Source: Psammoneis japonica
Taxonomy: Eukaryota
DNA length: 64,000 nucleotides
Direction of reading: 5' to 3'
Assembly (NCBI GenBank): GCA_008632985.1
Contig: QPGO01000014.1
Span: 62,001-126,000 of the forward strand
Shown piece after piece: positions 1 through 12,766 of this stretch. Positions within the stretch are counted from its first letter, which is position 1; each line of letters begins with the position of its first letter. The translations under genes were made by a program, and so were the position numbers. The notes under the pieces were generated by a model. It did no database searches and had not been told where the DNA came from. It saw nothing but the letters and a program-made list of their open reading frames with translations.

Positions 1-870
1 ATCCACTGGTTTGTTGTTGCATGTCACTTGACAGACCTGTGGTTGCCAAAACAGTGGCGTTTGCTCATTTGAAGCAAAAAATGAAGCACTCAGAGACCTC
101 GCACATGCTTTCATCAAGAAAAAATTTGAGCCATTTGTCTTTGTAAATTAGTTTGCGATTCGCAAATTTTGCGTTTCAGTGGCAAGGTGGCAGCATCCAT
201 TTCATGCCAGATTTGATTTTTGACATTGTGCCACCATCTTTCTTTTGTGATTTTGCGTTGATCTCACTCAAACAATTGTGGATGGGAGTGTCCTTGGGAG
301 GCACACGGGAATCACGGTGGCACACCGCCGACTGCTGCTGCGTCTCTTGCACAGCATCATCTCTGTCAAGAATCATGTTGATCTCATCTTGATCATCCAG
401 TGAACATGGTGCCACCACCAATCCAGGAACAGAGTGACAATTGCCTGGACATTCAAATGTGGCTTGAAGGGTGGGAACAGCTCACTGCCATGCCTCTTGA
501 CAGCACTTGTGGCATTTTTTGTTGGGGGCGAGAGATCATTGTCGGCGTGTCATCGAGTGTTCTGCTTTGCTGCCTCAAAAACAGGATGCAAAGCTCCCCT
601 TTTCTTTTTTTTGAATCTGCAAAGCTCTCAGCAGAAAATCCTGAAAAATCAAATCGCCGTGCCTTCACCCCTTTGTTCTGCGATTGCCTCAAACCCGGAT
701 GCACTGCGTTCAAAAACGCATTTGAAAATGGTCTGGCAGTCATGCGGTTGATGGGTCTCTCTTTTTCTGCACAGGCAAATGCGCACAATTCTCTAGAAAG
801 TCCCATCCTTCTTTCTCGTTTTCAAATGCTCCGCCCCCAGTTGAAAAACACCCGCCCATTGTGACGAGCT
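1..870. mobile_element. Degenerate repeat/transposon-like DNA depleted of TpA and CpG (runs off the window start)
   Basis: Same composition as the 25-51 kb TE block: almost no TA, and overlapping Tyr-free, Cys/His-rich ORFs. Family not identifiable. Confidence 0.5.
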
Positions 871-1162
871 TCACGCACCTTGAAGCAGTCGAAGCGATCG
901 ATCGACGGACGACGCACGCGCGCGATCGCGATCGACCATAGAGGGGTGGTCTGTCTGTGCACCCTGCGGGGCGCGATTGCCGAATAATCTCGAGCGGCTT
1001 GCGGCTTGCTATTTTTGCCGCAGAGGCCATGGCGGCGGCGGTGGGACTAGAATACCTCTTACCCCAAGTCTTACCCAAAACCGCGCTGATTTGCTACTTG
1101 CGTATTGCACAGCATTTTTTCCTCTACAAGATCAGCCCACGCTGTGCAAAGAACACGAAGAA

Positions 1163-2753
<1,591 letters not shown>

Positions 2754-2880
2754 ACTAGTTTCATGTATCTATTTTGTAAAATGTATCGTGTGTCGTTTCA
2801 GAAAATGACCACCGCAATGCTCCGAAGAGAACGGATAACGACGAAAACTCTGAATATGCGCAATCGATTCTCTGAGTATT

Positions 2881-3885
2881 CTACATTTCCAGAACTTGTT
2901 TACCAATCACCTTGCCGGATTCCTGGTTCACGTGGGCTTCTCTCAAAGCCTTCAAAGAAAACTTTTGGTGCTCAACGTTGGGAAGCTTGAGCAAGCCGTT
3001 GTCCACCAGGTCGGCCCCATTGTTTAAAATGTGATGCTGCTGAATCGGATCCGCCCCGGACATTGGACGCGTAAACATAAATTCCCAACTGAATGAGGCT
3101 CTCTTACTCATGAGCGGCGACATGTCCAGCGGTGTATCTGTCTCGACAATGGAAACAATCTTTCCGAGGGGCAGAATGATATCACAGTATTGACTCCAGT
3201 TGGCCTCCGTCTTGTAGGCGTTGAAGATGTAGTCGATCCCCGGCAGGCCTAGAGCAACCAATTGTTCCTTGAGTGGCTTGCGATGATTGATGACATAGTC
3301 GGCACCGAGTTCCTTCACGGCAGCCTCTGATTCAGGACGAGAAGCGGTTGCAACGACTGTCAAGCCGCATAACTTCTTGGCAAGCTGAATCACGATGGAT
3401 CCCACTCCACCTGCACCCGGAAGGATGAGCAGAGATTTACCAGCATTTGACGTATCAAAGGCCTTTAGACCAAGTTGCTCAAAAACACCCTCCCAAGCTG
3501 TCAACAACACAAGAGGTACAGCGGCAGCTTTGGCAGAGTCGATAGACTTGGGAGCCCGTCCAACAATTCGCTCGTCTACAGCCATGTATTCTGCGTTTGT
3601 TCCGTTCTTTCCCAAGACACCGGCGGTCCACACCTTGTCTCCAACTTTGAAGAGCGTTGCCTCCGATCCAAGCTTCTCAACTGTGCCAACACCATCATAG
3701 CCGAGGATGAGAGGCTTTTCCACATCTCCAGTCCAGGACCGCACCTTGTAGTCTACTGGATTCATCCCGCATGCTTGCATCTTGATGAGGACATCTTTCT
3801 CACCAAGTTCGGGAATCGGAACTTCCAGTTCCTCCAGACAGCTCGCGTCACCGCCCTTTGACTTGATTCCAATCGCTTTCATCAT
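2881..3885 (-). CDS. Medium-chain dehydrogenase/reductase, quinone-oxidoreductase-like (zinc-type ADH-like)
   Basis: 334 aa intronless ORF with NPVDYKVR, ILGYDGVG, GAGGVGS, ATASRPES and SWEFMFTR motifs. Confidence 0.9.
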   Translation of the reverse strand: MMKAIGIKSKGGDASCLEELEVPIPELGEKDVLIKMQACGMNPVDYKVRSWTGDVEKPLILGYDGVGTVEKLGSEATLFKVGDKVWTAGVLGKNGTNAEYMAVDERIVGRAPKSIDSAKAAAVPLVLLTAWEGVFEQLGLKAFDTSNAGKSLLILPGAGGVGSIVIQLAKKLCGLTVVATASRPESEAAVKELGADYVINHRKPLKEQLVALGLPGIDYIFNAYKTEANWSQYCDIILPLGKIVSIVETDTPLDMSPLMSKRASFSWEFMFTRPMSGADPIQQHHILNNGADLVDNGLLKLPNVEHQKFSLKALREAHVNQESGKVIGKQVLEM

Positions 3886-4618
3886 GTTAATCCGCTATCA
3901 AATGCCTTTTGTTATTTGAGTAGAACAGTCGGGTGTGGATGATGCCAACGCACAACCTTGGCGATCTTTTTGTTTTGTATCTTGCGATCTTTTTTCTTTT
4001 TTGTGTTACATACACAGTGTACCACCGTACTGGAGTACTAGTTGATCCTCCCGATACAATAGTCAATAGGCTTGCGTGCTATCACTCAAAACAACTTGTC
4101 CATCCATCCTTCCGTCGGCCGTCGGGAAACAACAGTTTCCAAGTACGGTAACCTTAGAGTATGTACGGTAGCTTCTTCTACCTCTACCGTACAGTACTCT
4201 CTACTCCAGGGCCCTAGTAGAGCTAGGACCAGCTCTCTAGCTAGAGGCCTAATCTGCTGCCACCGTGCCGTGTGCTTTTCATTCTGAGCTCGGCAGAAGT
4301 GATTGTTTCAGGTCTCGGGGTGACAGGATTGATTCGAGCCTCAGTTACGGCCGTAAGATAGGCCTCTAGAAAGTGCTCCAATCTCATTGCACAAAAGCTA
4401 GGAGAAAGACTCGTCGAACGCATTACGTTTTGCAGTTGCAGACCACTGGAAGTAGGAAGGAAGATTTTAATTTCAACAATTCCCCATTCTGACGAAAGAC
4501 GTGAACATTAAAGGAGAAGCCTGAAAACGATTCTATGCTCGTTATTTACTTCCTTCTCCTACCGCGCCCTGCACAAAGCATAAGCTTTCACCTGGCGAAA
4601 AGCCAGCGAACAAAACTT

Positions 4619-5263
4619 TCATTCCAAATCAGACTTGGGCAGCATTGTTTTTTCCTCCTCCTCTTCTTGCGCCACCTCCTCCTGCTCCTCCGGTTCAAGT
4701 TTCTCTGGTTTCATTTCCGCAGACTGATGGGCACGGATTTGATTCTTTACGATTTCATCTCGAGCTTGATAAAAGGCTTTCAATATTTGCTGATAATGCT
4801 CATTTTCACTACCGTCGGTGCCTAGCACGTCGAACACGTTCTGTCCAAACCGTTGGTATATTTTGCCCGTTTGCTTTTGAAGATACTCTTCACGAAACAC
4901 CGGAAGCGGAGTTCCGTCTTCATAAGTCACATCAACAGCACGATGACGATTGTCTTCCTCTGCCAAACGAAAACGAACTCTTTCCCCTTTCTTCAAAAAG
5001 GGATTTGCGGAGTTTACTGAACCCGGAACCGAACAATCAAAGTTGTTGCGATGGACAAACACGTCGTCGTCCGAACCATCCGGACGAACAAAGCCGTAGG
5101 CTCTGTGACGAGCATAAAATACCACGGTGCCAACTTTATAGTCCTGTTCAGATGAAAACAACCGTCGTGCAAGGCGAGAAGGAGCAGGGAGACAGGGTAG
5201 TCGGGAGAACGAAGCCTTCATCATGGTGGATGGAGAGCGGATTGTGGAAGCTACTGAAAGCAT
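4619..5263 (-). CDS. Cold-shock-domain protein, probable mitochondrial presequence (paralog 1)
   Basis: GTVVFY..RAYGFVRPD..DDVFVH (RNP1/RNP2). Arg/Ser-rich leader ending RRLFSS, acidic tail. First ATG at 5263. Confidence 0.85.
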   Translation of the reverse strand: MLSVASTIRSPSTMMKASFSRLPCLPAPSRLARRLFSSEQDYKVGTVVFYARHRAYGFVRPDGSDDDVFVHRNNFDCSVPGSVNSANPFLKKGERVRFRLAEEDNRHRAVDVTYEDGTPLPVFREEYLQKQTGKIYQRFGQNVFDVLGTDGSENEHYQQILKAFYQARDEIVKNQIRAHQSAEMKPEKLEPEEQEEVAQEEEEEKTMLPKSDLE

Positions 5264-5674
5264 TTTGGATCGAATGACGGATGACGGAACGACGGTGTCA
5301 AAATCTTTTGAAAGCAAAATGCGCGATCTTTCGTCGCGTAAGCTTCAGATGACAGTGACGATAGATAGTATGTAGATAAGCCAGTTCCTGCGGAAAGCGC
5401 TTCACTCTTATTCTATTTTAAGAAAGCAAGGCTAGCAATAGGGATACTAGTGGAAAACATCAGTTTTGCGGTTGCGGGCCACTGGAAGTAGGAAGGAAGA
5501 CTTCAGGTTCCACAATTTCATCATTCCAATTCCCATGCTCACATTCTCGACAAAAGACGTGAACATAAAAGAAATCTGATTGCTATCTTTCGCTAGATAT
5601 CTCCTTAATTCTAATGCGGCATCCATCGTCAAGCCTAGGCTTACATTTGGTAGTAAGCCAGCTGACACAATTTT

Positions 5675-6334
5675 TTACTCCAAATCAGCTTTGGGCAGCT
5701 TTGCTTTTTCCTCCTCGTCTTCTTGCGCAACCTCCTCCTGCTTGTCCGGTTCAAACCGCATTGTTTTCTCCTCGTCTTCTTGAGCCTCCTCCTCCTGCAC
5801 CTCAGGTTCAAGGGCCACTTGTGTTGTAGCTGCCGAACGCTTGGCACGGTTCTGATTCCTTACAATTTGATCGTTCGCTTGTTGATACGCGTACAATATT
5901 TGCTGAAAATGCTCATCCTCGCTACCATCCATGCTTAGCACATCAAACACGTTCTGTCCAAATCGATGGTATATTTTTTCCGTTTCCCTCTCAAGATACG
6001 CTTCACGAAACATGGGAAGCGGAGTTCCGTCTTCATACGTCACGTGAAAAGCGCGTTTGCGATCGTCTGTCTCGTCCAAAACAAACCGAATTCTCTCGCC
6101 TTTCTTCAAATATGGATTAGCTGGGTTTTCTGAAAATGGAACAGGACTCTCAATGTTCTTGCGATGGATAAACACGTCATCGTCGGAACCATCCGGACGA
6201 ACAAAACCGTAGGATCTGTGGCGAGCATAAAATTTCACAGTGCCAAATTTGTAGTCAGGTTCAGACGAAAAGAACCGTCGTACAATGCGAGAAGGATTAG
6301 GGAGACGCTGTAGCCGTGAGAACGAAGCCATCAT
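5675..6334 (-). CDS. Cold-shock-domain protein, probable mitochondrial presequence (paralog 2)
   Basis: GTVKFY..RSYGFVRPD..DDVFIH. Clearly homologous to 4619-5263, including flanking non-coding DNA. Confidence 0.85.
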   Translation of the reverse strand: MMASFSRLQRLPNPSRIVRRFFSSEPDYKFGTVKFYARHRSYGFVRPDGSDDDVFIHRKNIESPVPFSENPANPYLKKGERIRFVLDETDDRKRAFHVTYEDGTPLPMFREAYLERETEKIYHRFGQNVFDVLSMDGSEDEHFQQILYAYQQANDQIVRNQNRAKRSAATTQVALEPEVQEEEAQEDEEKTMRFEPDKQEEVAQEDEEEKAKLPKADLE

Positions 6335-6909
6335 GATGACGAGCCAGCTGTGGTGCGGATTTTAGGATTTGTGGCTTGTGATGGCTTCGCACTTCGCAAT
6401 CCAAAATCTGCAAATCCCCGTTCCTGCTTCGCTTTTCGCTTCTGTGTTCTCGGATCGAATGACGGACGGCGGCGCTCTAAGAACAGCCAGGGCGGCTCTG
6501 CATTTACGCAGATTTTGTGATACAATGGTCGTGGCATCATCATTCACGGCCCCGAACGAACGAGTTTGCTGGGATTCTACTTCGCAAACATAGGCCTAAG
6601 ACAGATGGCTTTATGTACAGTAGAGGATGTGTGTTCAGTGTGTCCCTCATTCCCTCATGGTGACCTTCGTGTTTCGTTCGCGCGCCACGCGAGTTGAAAA
6701 TTGAAAATTGGCGGGAAACACTGTCCAATCACGGATTTTGACATTTCCAGATATTAAAGCCTGTATATCATTTTAAAACAATCAATCGCGCGAAATTTGG
6801 AAATTCGCAAGTCGCAAGTCGTGCCTATCTGCGCATCTTTTGGGCGAAGGCGGCGACTGGCGAAGGAAGAAGCAGAAATCAGGTTCAAAGACGACAATTT
6901 GATAAAGCA

Positions 6910-8868
6910 ATGGCGACCAACGGCACCTGCGAAGCGGCAAATGCAACCATCTTAACGGGTGATCCCATACCCTTTGAAAATACTTTGGCAATCAAAAGGG
7001 CACACAATCTCTCCCCGCGTTTTGGTCACACAAAAGAAATTAATAATTTGATCAATGGCAGCAGCGACGAAGCAAAGGATTACGCAGTCGGTTTGTTCGC
7101 TGGGTCGATTGCCATGTTTTGCTTCTTTGCGCTATGGCTTGTGGCAATTCTTGTTCTAAAGTTCTTGGGACCGAAACGAGTAGGCTTCTTTTCGGGTCGG
7201 CAAGTGAGAATACCGAAACCACCGTCGTATGAAAGTACCTCAGAGAAAGAGGAGGAAGGAGATGAAAGAGAAAATTGTGAGAAAGACGGAGAAGTGAACG
7301 AGGAGATACATGAACAGGATGAAGGTGATCACAAGAAGGAGGATAAAAGAGACATGATTGTAAATACAGAGAAAGACACCAGTGTTGGATCTGAAAAAGA
7401 CTGTTTTGAAACGGTTGAAATGGCCCTGCATGAAAGCCATGTTCGTGAAGAGATCGAACCCGAGTTTCAAGACGAAGAGCGCGACACACAGTCACAAAGG
7501 GAGCAACTTCTGCAAGAGTGGGAGGAACAAGTGTCGAAAACCGAAACTCGTCTCAAAAGAATTCGTCTTACCGTTCTAGTTTGTGGGTTCTTTATCGTTG
7601 TCTGTGTGATTCTCTTTTGCAGTGTGGGGATCGCACACATTATTGATTCGCTCGACCACGGTCGCTCTGGACTACACAAAGCTGAGGATTTAACACAAGA
7701 AGGAATCGAGCTGATTGATGATTTCATCCAACGGCAAAATGTGACCATCGAGGAGGCGGCTGAACTCAGAGCGCAGGTGAATGGCTTTTGTCCGAACGTT
7801 CGTGAAGAAATATGTGCCAATAATACCGACAACACTGCAGGATCATGTGATGTTACCGACATACCATACGGTGAAGAGATTCTGGCTTTTTTAAACAGCA
7901 CTGGAAATTACATCTACGATGGGCTTGAAGGGTTACAGCAGGACTTGGGAGAGTTGATTGAAATATTTGAAAAAGCCGATGAGACTGCGGAAAGCTTTTA
8001 CTGGGCCTTTTATATCGCTTTGGCCTTTGCCGTGCTCTTGGCGATACTGACTCTCATCATCTGCTACGTTGTGATACTCGCTTGGAGGAAAGAGTTGTCA
8101 GAGGGCAACTACTGGTACCGGAGGATACGAGGCTGCTTTCTCAATGGGTTCGTTGTGCCACTCTTCATCTTTTTGGTGTTAATGAGTTGGATATTTTCCA
8201 TGGTCTTTGTCATTGGATCAACTGCTGCAGCAGATACATGTATCGACTCGCCTGATAGCAGGTTGGCAGAATTTCTTCTTGCGAGAGAAGAAAATTTTGT
8301 GTCGGTTATCTTTGAATACACGTTATACATTGTTTCGGGATGCCCAGAAGACGGTGTCATTACAGAATTGTTCAACCATGTTCAATCTATCCTTGTGTTT
8401 TTTGAAACCGTGTTCAATCTATTTGCCGCACTTTCCAGCAGTAAACCGGAAGAGTTTCAGGCAATCTGTGGAACCAATGCGACAATTGTTACTGCCCTTT
8501 CCTCGACTCTTTCTAATCAGGTTTGCGTGCTCGGAGCGACAATGGTTGACCTTCAACATTTCTTTTCTTGCCCGAACTGGCATCCTCTTTACGAGGTCAT
8601 AATGTACCAAGCAATTTGCTATGACGGCACGAAAGGTCTGGCATGGGTAGCAGGCACACAATTTACTATTGTCTTCCTCACCATGATTATGTTGACTCTT
8701 AGAGTTGCATTCTACGAATTGGTGTCGGAAGAAGACGAAGAAGCTACGGAAGAAGCGAGACGGAAGTGTTTGGCTAATTGTCGTACGCGATTCTGTTGTT
8801 CCCGTTGCAGGAAAGAAGATAGGGCGTCTGCTCACAACTCAATAATTGAAACTAGCGACTATAACTAA
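6910..8868 (+). CDS. Five-TM membrane protein, Tweety/prominin-like topology
   Basis: 652 aa with five hydrophobic segments, Cys-containing helical loops and an AAADTCIDSPD motif after TM4. Confidence 0.65.
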   Translation: MATNGTCEAANATILTGDPIPFENTLAIKRAHNLSPRFGHTKEINNLINGSSDEAKDYAVGLFAGSIAMFCFFALWLVAILVLKFLGPKRVGFFSGRQVRIPKPPSYESTSEKEEEGDERENCEKDGEVNEEIHEQDEGDHKKEDKRDMIVNTEKDTSVGSEKDCFETVEMALHESHVREEIEPEFQDEERDTQSQREQLLQEWEEQVSKTETRLKRIRLTVLVCGFFIVVCVILFCSVGIAHIIDSLDHGRSGLHKAEDLTQEGIELIDDFIQRQNVTIEEAAELRAQVNGFCPNVREEICANNTDNTAGSCDVTDIPYGEEILAFLNSTGNYIYDGLEGLQQDLGELIEIFEKADETAESFYWAFYIALAFAVLLAILTLIICYVVILAWRKELSEGNYWYRRIRGCFLNGFVVPLFIFLVLMSWIFSMVFVIGSTAAADTCIDSPDSRLAEFLLAREENFVSVIFEYTLYIVSGCPEDGVITELFNHVQSILVFFETVFNLFAALSSSKPEEFQAICGTNATIVTALSSTLSNQVCVLGATMVDLQHFFSCPNWHPLYEVIMYQAICYDGTKGLAWVAGTQFTIVFLTMIMLTLRVAFYELVSEEDEEATEEARRKCLANCRTRFCCSRCRKEDRASAHNSIIETSDYN

Positions 8869-8933
8869 AGTTTGCAAATGTTACCCATTCGAGGTCTTGA
8901 GACTAAATACTTCGACACTGACGCTGTGAATAT

Positions 8934-11567
8934 TTACTTTTTGGAGTTTGATTTGGAACTGGTATAGTTCAAAAGCACCCTGTCAGCTCCAGATTCTATC
9001 AGAGCCTTCCTCATTTCATCGTAGCTAGACTGCTGTCTGTTCAGTTTCTTTGGTGTGTACATTTTCGACAGTGTATTAACTTGTTTCTGGTTGTACTTCG
9101 TTGACGGGGCGACGCCGAGGAAGTTGAATATTCTTTCCCACTCGAATTTGCTACTGTCGAAGCCCAAAAGTTCAAGCTTAAGATGGGACACCTTGTGCTT
9201 ATCCAGCACTTCATCCACCTGATTCTCCCAGTCTACTTGTTCTCTTATCTTGTCCACGATGAAGCTGATAGGCAATGACAAATTCTGGTATCCAATGCAT
9301 CCTGTTTGGTTTTCTCTGCACGGCAATCCACCTAAATCTTTCGAGAACTCGAACGCTGAGATGGCTATATCCAGTGGACTTTGAAGAACGCGGATTATCT
9401 TAACAGGGGGGTTCATCGCACGCATCGAACGAAGTGCTTCCGTAAATCCACTCATTGTGAGAGATCCGGGGAAGGGGTTCCACTTCAAGCCAGCAAGAGG
9501 AGCATACGGAGCACCTGCCTGTGCTTTGCAAATCACATCGGCAAAATACGACCCGTCTGTATGGTTCTGAAAGAAAGCTTCCACCTGAGTCTTTTTGTTT
9601 CCAATGAAGGATGCAGGGAGGGCAAACTTTCCGGCGCGTGCAGTTAATGCCGTCCACACTGCAGTCGAAGCTGCGGAATGTTGAATTCCTGTAGGACTTT
9701 CTGATTCAGCGGACATGATAACTACAGGAACTGGACCATCGGGATCAGGACATGGCGCCGCATATTGGTCAGAAGAATAGTTCGCCTGGATCCACATAGT
9801 CTGATATTCATCCCGAAAAGTATTCACCACATCATATTTGGTGTTGTTATACCCATCACGTTTCCAGTCAGTGTCCGGTCCCAGGCGCATACGCTCGACG
9901 CGGTCTCTGATTCTATTGTAGCTTGGGAAGTGTATACCGCGCCCCGTATGATGATTATCGTGGTTGCAATCACAATATCCCATGCCTTGTGGGTGACGGC
10001 GTAGGCGATGATTATCTGGACTTTCTAGAAGATCGTTTGCTTTGAACCGGAAAAAGAGTTCATCATCTTCAGCGCCCCAGCCCCATACCTCGTTCGCGAA
10101 GCCGTTCACTAATCGCCAGTGTGCAAGAGAAGCAGTCACAACTCCTCCTGAATAGGTATCATAGGGAACGCCCCCTCCGAAGCACGGGATCTCGGAACAA
10201 ACGAGCTGCGGTTTTTCGCACCACGCGTAGTCGACGGTATCCAGGTTGGGCATCAAATCGACATCATGAATTACAACGCACGTCTCATTTGCCGTGAACT
10301 GTTTTGAAATCTCATGGAATCCAACGTTACCAAGCCAGCCTCTTCGAAAGAAGTCATCGTTCATCTGTTCCACAACAAAAACATGCAAATCAAAGTAATT
10401 CGCCTTTTGGCGTAGTCGTTGAATGTGAGCCATAAATTTTTGATAGTGGATTTTTCGGTCACGATACGGAATCAATATGACAATGGATTTTCGATGGTCC
10501 GTTTTGTTGAAGTGGGGCGGATAATGAGTTTCAAGTGAAACGACACGCTTCCTCGTAACATGCAACCACGAGGATCCATGCTCGTCGACAGTCTGGTTGA
10601 TCACATTGTAGAAGAGACTGTTAAGCCCATTATTCTTCCATTCATTGGACCCAGATGCTATACGCTCAATGCGATCAATGATTCTATGCTGATCTCCAGT
10701 GTGGAATTGATTCGCACCTTGATGAGTCCAGACGGATGCGGGAAGACAAATTGTTTTCCCGCTTCCACCGGGAGGGCGACGCAAAGTGCCCTCTTTTGTC
10801 AAAAGTTCATTCTGTTGGAAGCGCCAGTACATGTCCTCATCATCTCCCATCATGTCATACAACGAGTCTGTGAATCCGTTGATGGTTTCCCAGGCAGACA
10901 ATCTCGCCGCAATAATACCGCGAGAGAATTTCTCGTGCGGCAATGAGCCATTGTAGCACGAGAGTTCTGACGAGACAAGAGTCGGCTCATCACACCACGA
11001 CATGTAAGAAGCAGTATCAACACTACTTGGGAGCACATCCAAATCGTGAACCACAAAACAAGTATCGTTAGAGAAGCGCTTCCTAGCTTGTTGCAAAGCG
11101 ACATTCAGCAACCACGCCCTTCGATGATGACTGGCGTCTTCCTCGTTTACAACCACGGTATGGAATGCGACATCCTTCAGAGTATCATTCAATATCTGAA
11201 CTCGTTGTACCACCAAGTCGTAGTTTTCAGACGCTTCTTGGCGAAATGGAATTGCAATAACGACATTTTCTGAGGAAGCAGCTGGAGGCGTCCATGATGA
11301 CGGTGGCATCTCGAACGTTTCCAAATCATTCTGTGCTTTTCCCGATGCAAGTTTCCGGTCGTGTTTCTTTGAATTAGGTCGCCTGAGTTGAGTATTGAAA
11401 GAGCTACTTGCCGGAAATGGAGAAACGGCATTGTCGAGCTGAACGATCAGCAAGCTGAAGAAAGGGAAGAGGGTTACAACAACAAGACTGATCAGGAGAA
11501 CACCAGCGGTCACAACTAACTTGGTGCTGCGCCCTTTCTGATATTGGTTTCGCCGGCTCCGCGCCAT
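8934..11567 (-). CDS. Type II membrane protein with two GT7 (beta-1,4-galactosyltransferase-like) domains and a C-terminal sulfotransferase-like domain
   Basis: N-terminal TM. Domain 1: IPFR..LLNVA..HDLDVLP..NGF..GDDEDM. Domain 2: IPYRDR..NVG..HDVDLMP..NGF..WGWGAEDDEL. C-terminus has KIIRVLQSPLDIAIS. First in-frame ATG at 11567. Confidence 0.82.
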   Translation of the reverse strand: MARSRRNQYQKGRSTKLVVTAGVLLISLVVVTLFPFFSLLIVQLDNAVSPFPASSSFNTQLRRPNSKKHDRKLASGKAQNDLETFEMPPSSWTPPAASSENVVIAIPFRQEASENYDLVVQRVQILNDTLKDVAFHTVVVNEEDASHHRRAWLLNVALQQARKRFSNDTCFVVHDLDVLPSSVDTASYMSWCDEPTLVSSELSCYNGSLPHEKFSRGIIAARLSAWETINGFTDSLYDMMGDDEDMYWRFQQNELLTKEGTLRRPPGGSGKTICLPASVWTHQGANQFHTGDQHRIIDRIERIASGSNEWKNNGLNSLFYNVINQTVDEHGSSWLHVTRKRVVSLETHYPPHFNKTDHRKSIVILIPYRDRKIHYQKFMAHIQRLRQKANYFDLHVFVVEQMNDDFFRRGWLGNVGFHEISKQFTANETCVVIHDVDLMPNLDTVDYAWCEKPQLVCSEIPCFGGGVPYDTYSGGVVTASLAHWRLVNGFANEVWGWGAEDDELFFRFKANDLLESPDNHRLRRHPQGMGYCDCNHDNHHTGRGIHFPSYNRIRDRVERMRLGPDTDWKRDGYNNTKYDVVNTFRDEYQTMWIQANYSSDQYAAPCPDPDGPVPVVIMSAESESPTGIQHSAASTAVWTALTARAGKFALPASFIGNKKTQVEAFFQNHTDGSYFADVICKAQAGAPYAPLAGLKWNPFPGSLTMSGFTEALRSMRAMNPPVKIIRVLQSPLDIAISAFEFSKDLGGLPCRENQTGCIGYQNLSLPISFIVDKIREQVDWENQVDEVLDKHKVSHLKLELLGFDSSKFEWERIFNFLGVAPSTKYNQKQVNTLSKMYTPKKLNRQQSSYDEMRKALIESGADRVLLNYTSSKSNSKK

Positions 11568-11882
11568 CTTGAGGAGCTTCGACAAGCATTGAGGGCTGGG
11601 TTGTTAGAATAAACATCGAAAATAAGAAGTGGTTGGGAAGTACAGTGCAGAATGATAGCAATGTCAACACAACGCAAGTTGCATGATGTGAAAAATGTGA
11701 AGCGCAAAATCCTGCAAGCAAAATTTCAAAAATGCCAAGAAATTGAACAATCCAGAGTTTTCGCAAAAAGCATTGAAGTAAGGCCGCCTTATTGCGATGG
11801 TGCACGACAAGAATGTTTCAAGAGAGTGTCATACTGTATGTACACAAAAGGGCGACTGCACATCCAACCGTTATTCACACTG

Positions 11883-12766
11883 GTGAATAACGGTTGGATG
11901 TGCAGTCGCAAGTATATCCCTACTTATGCACAGATGGTCTCCAGAGACCATCTGTGCACTATCGCCTGCACAGATGGTCTCCAGAGACCATCTGTGCAGC
12001 TGCGTTAAATTCTACGTGTTTGTACCAGGAAAATGTACCTCCAACCTATCCGGCAGGCGTGAGTAATATTTTATGTACGAGAAAGAGTTCGTTGGGGCAG
12101 GCGAACAACATCACTCTACGATGCGACTGGTACAAAATCTACGTAAATGCACAGATACGCTCTGGAGCATGTCTGTGCAAATTCGAGCTCGTAAATAATA
12201 AGCAGGGATATATACGGTACCATAACACCCCCCTTCAAACTAATGTTCGGATGTTCACGAAGTACATTGGTTTGCATATTCAGAGGTAGATATTTTCTAG
12301 TTGTCAGTGTCTGGTGTACATGTTTGTATGTTTTCATTGTGTATTACAACTATCAGTGCAATCGCCGGAGAGGTGTCTCCTATACCTGTCAGTATACTTT
12401 ATATTATGTTTGTATTTATAGTTATATATTTTGTTGTTTGTGTTGTTGTGAAGGCTACTCTTTAGGCGTCTCGTACCCTATTGGCTTCTCGTACCCTGGT
12501 TGGAAGGCATGTTTTGTACGCTCCTCTTGCGCAGACATTTTCTGCATGTTAGTTTGGCTGTTTTATAGGCGTTTGCCCCCCTTCGTTGCCCTGAACTCTT
12601 CTGCATGAAATTCGAGGTGTCGAACCTGCGACCACTAGGGCCCTAGCCCTATGTATTCTCTGGGCTCTGGGCTGTACCACAGACCACAGAGGCAAGCGAA
12701 GCGATGCTCATAACCTGTCATATGTACACAAAAGGGCGACTGCACATCCAACCGTTATTCACACTG
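11883..12766. mobile_element. Non-autonomous TIR element (hAT-like CAGTG terminus) with rearranged left end
   Basis: GTGAATAACGGTTGGATGTGCAGTCGC (11883-11909) is the exact inverse of 12736-12762, and the right end reads ...TTATTCACACTG. Internal palindromes, no coding capacity. No clean TSD found. Confidence 0.65.

Noticed and set aside
936..1050. Helitron 3' end (GC hairpin + CTAG), or a CCATAGA terminus shared with 51226
   Set aside because: The CTAG is followed by A rather than T, the hairpin is weak and a 7-bp match can occur by chance.
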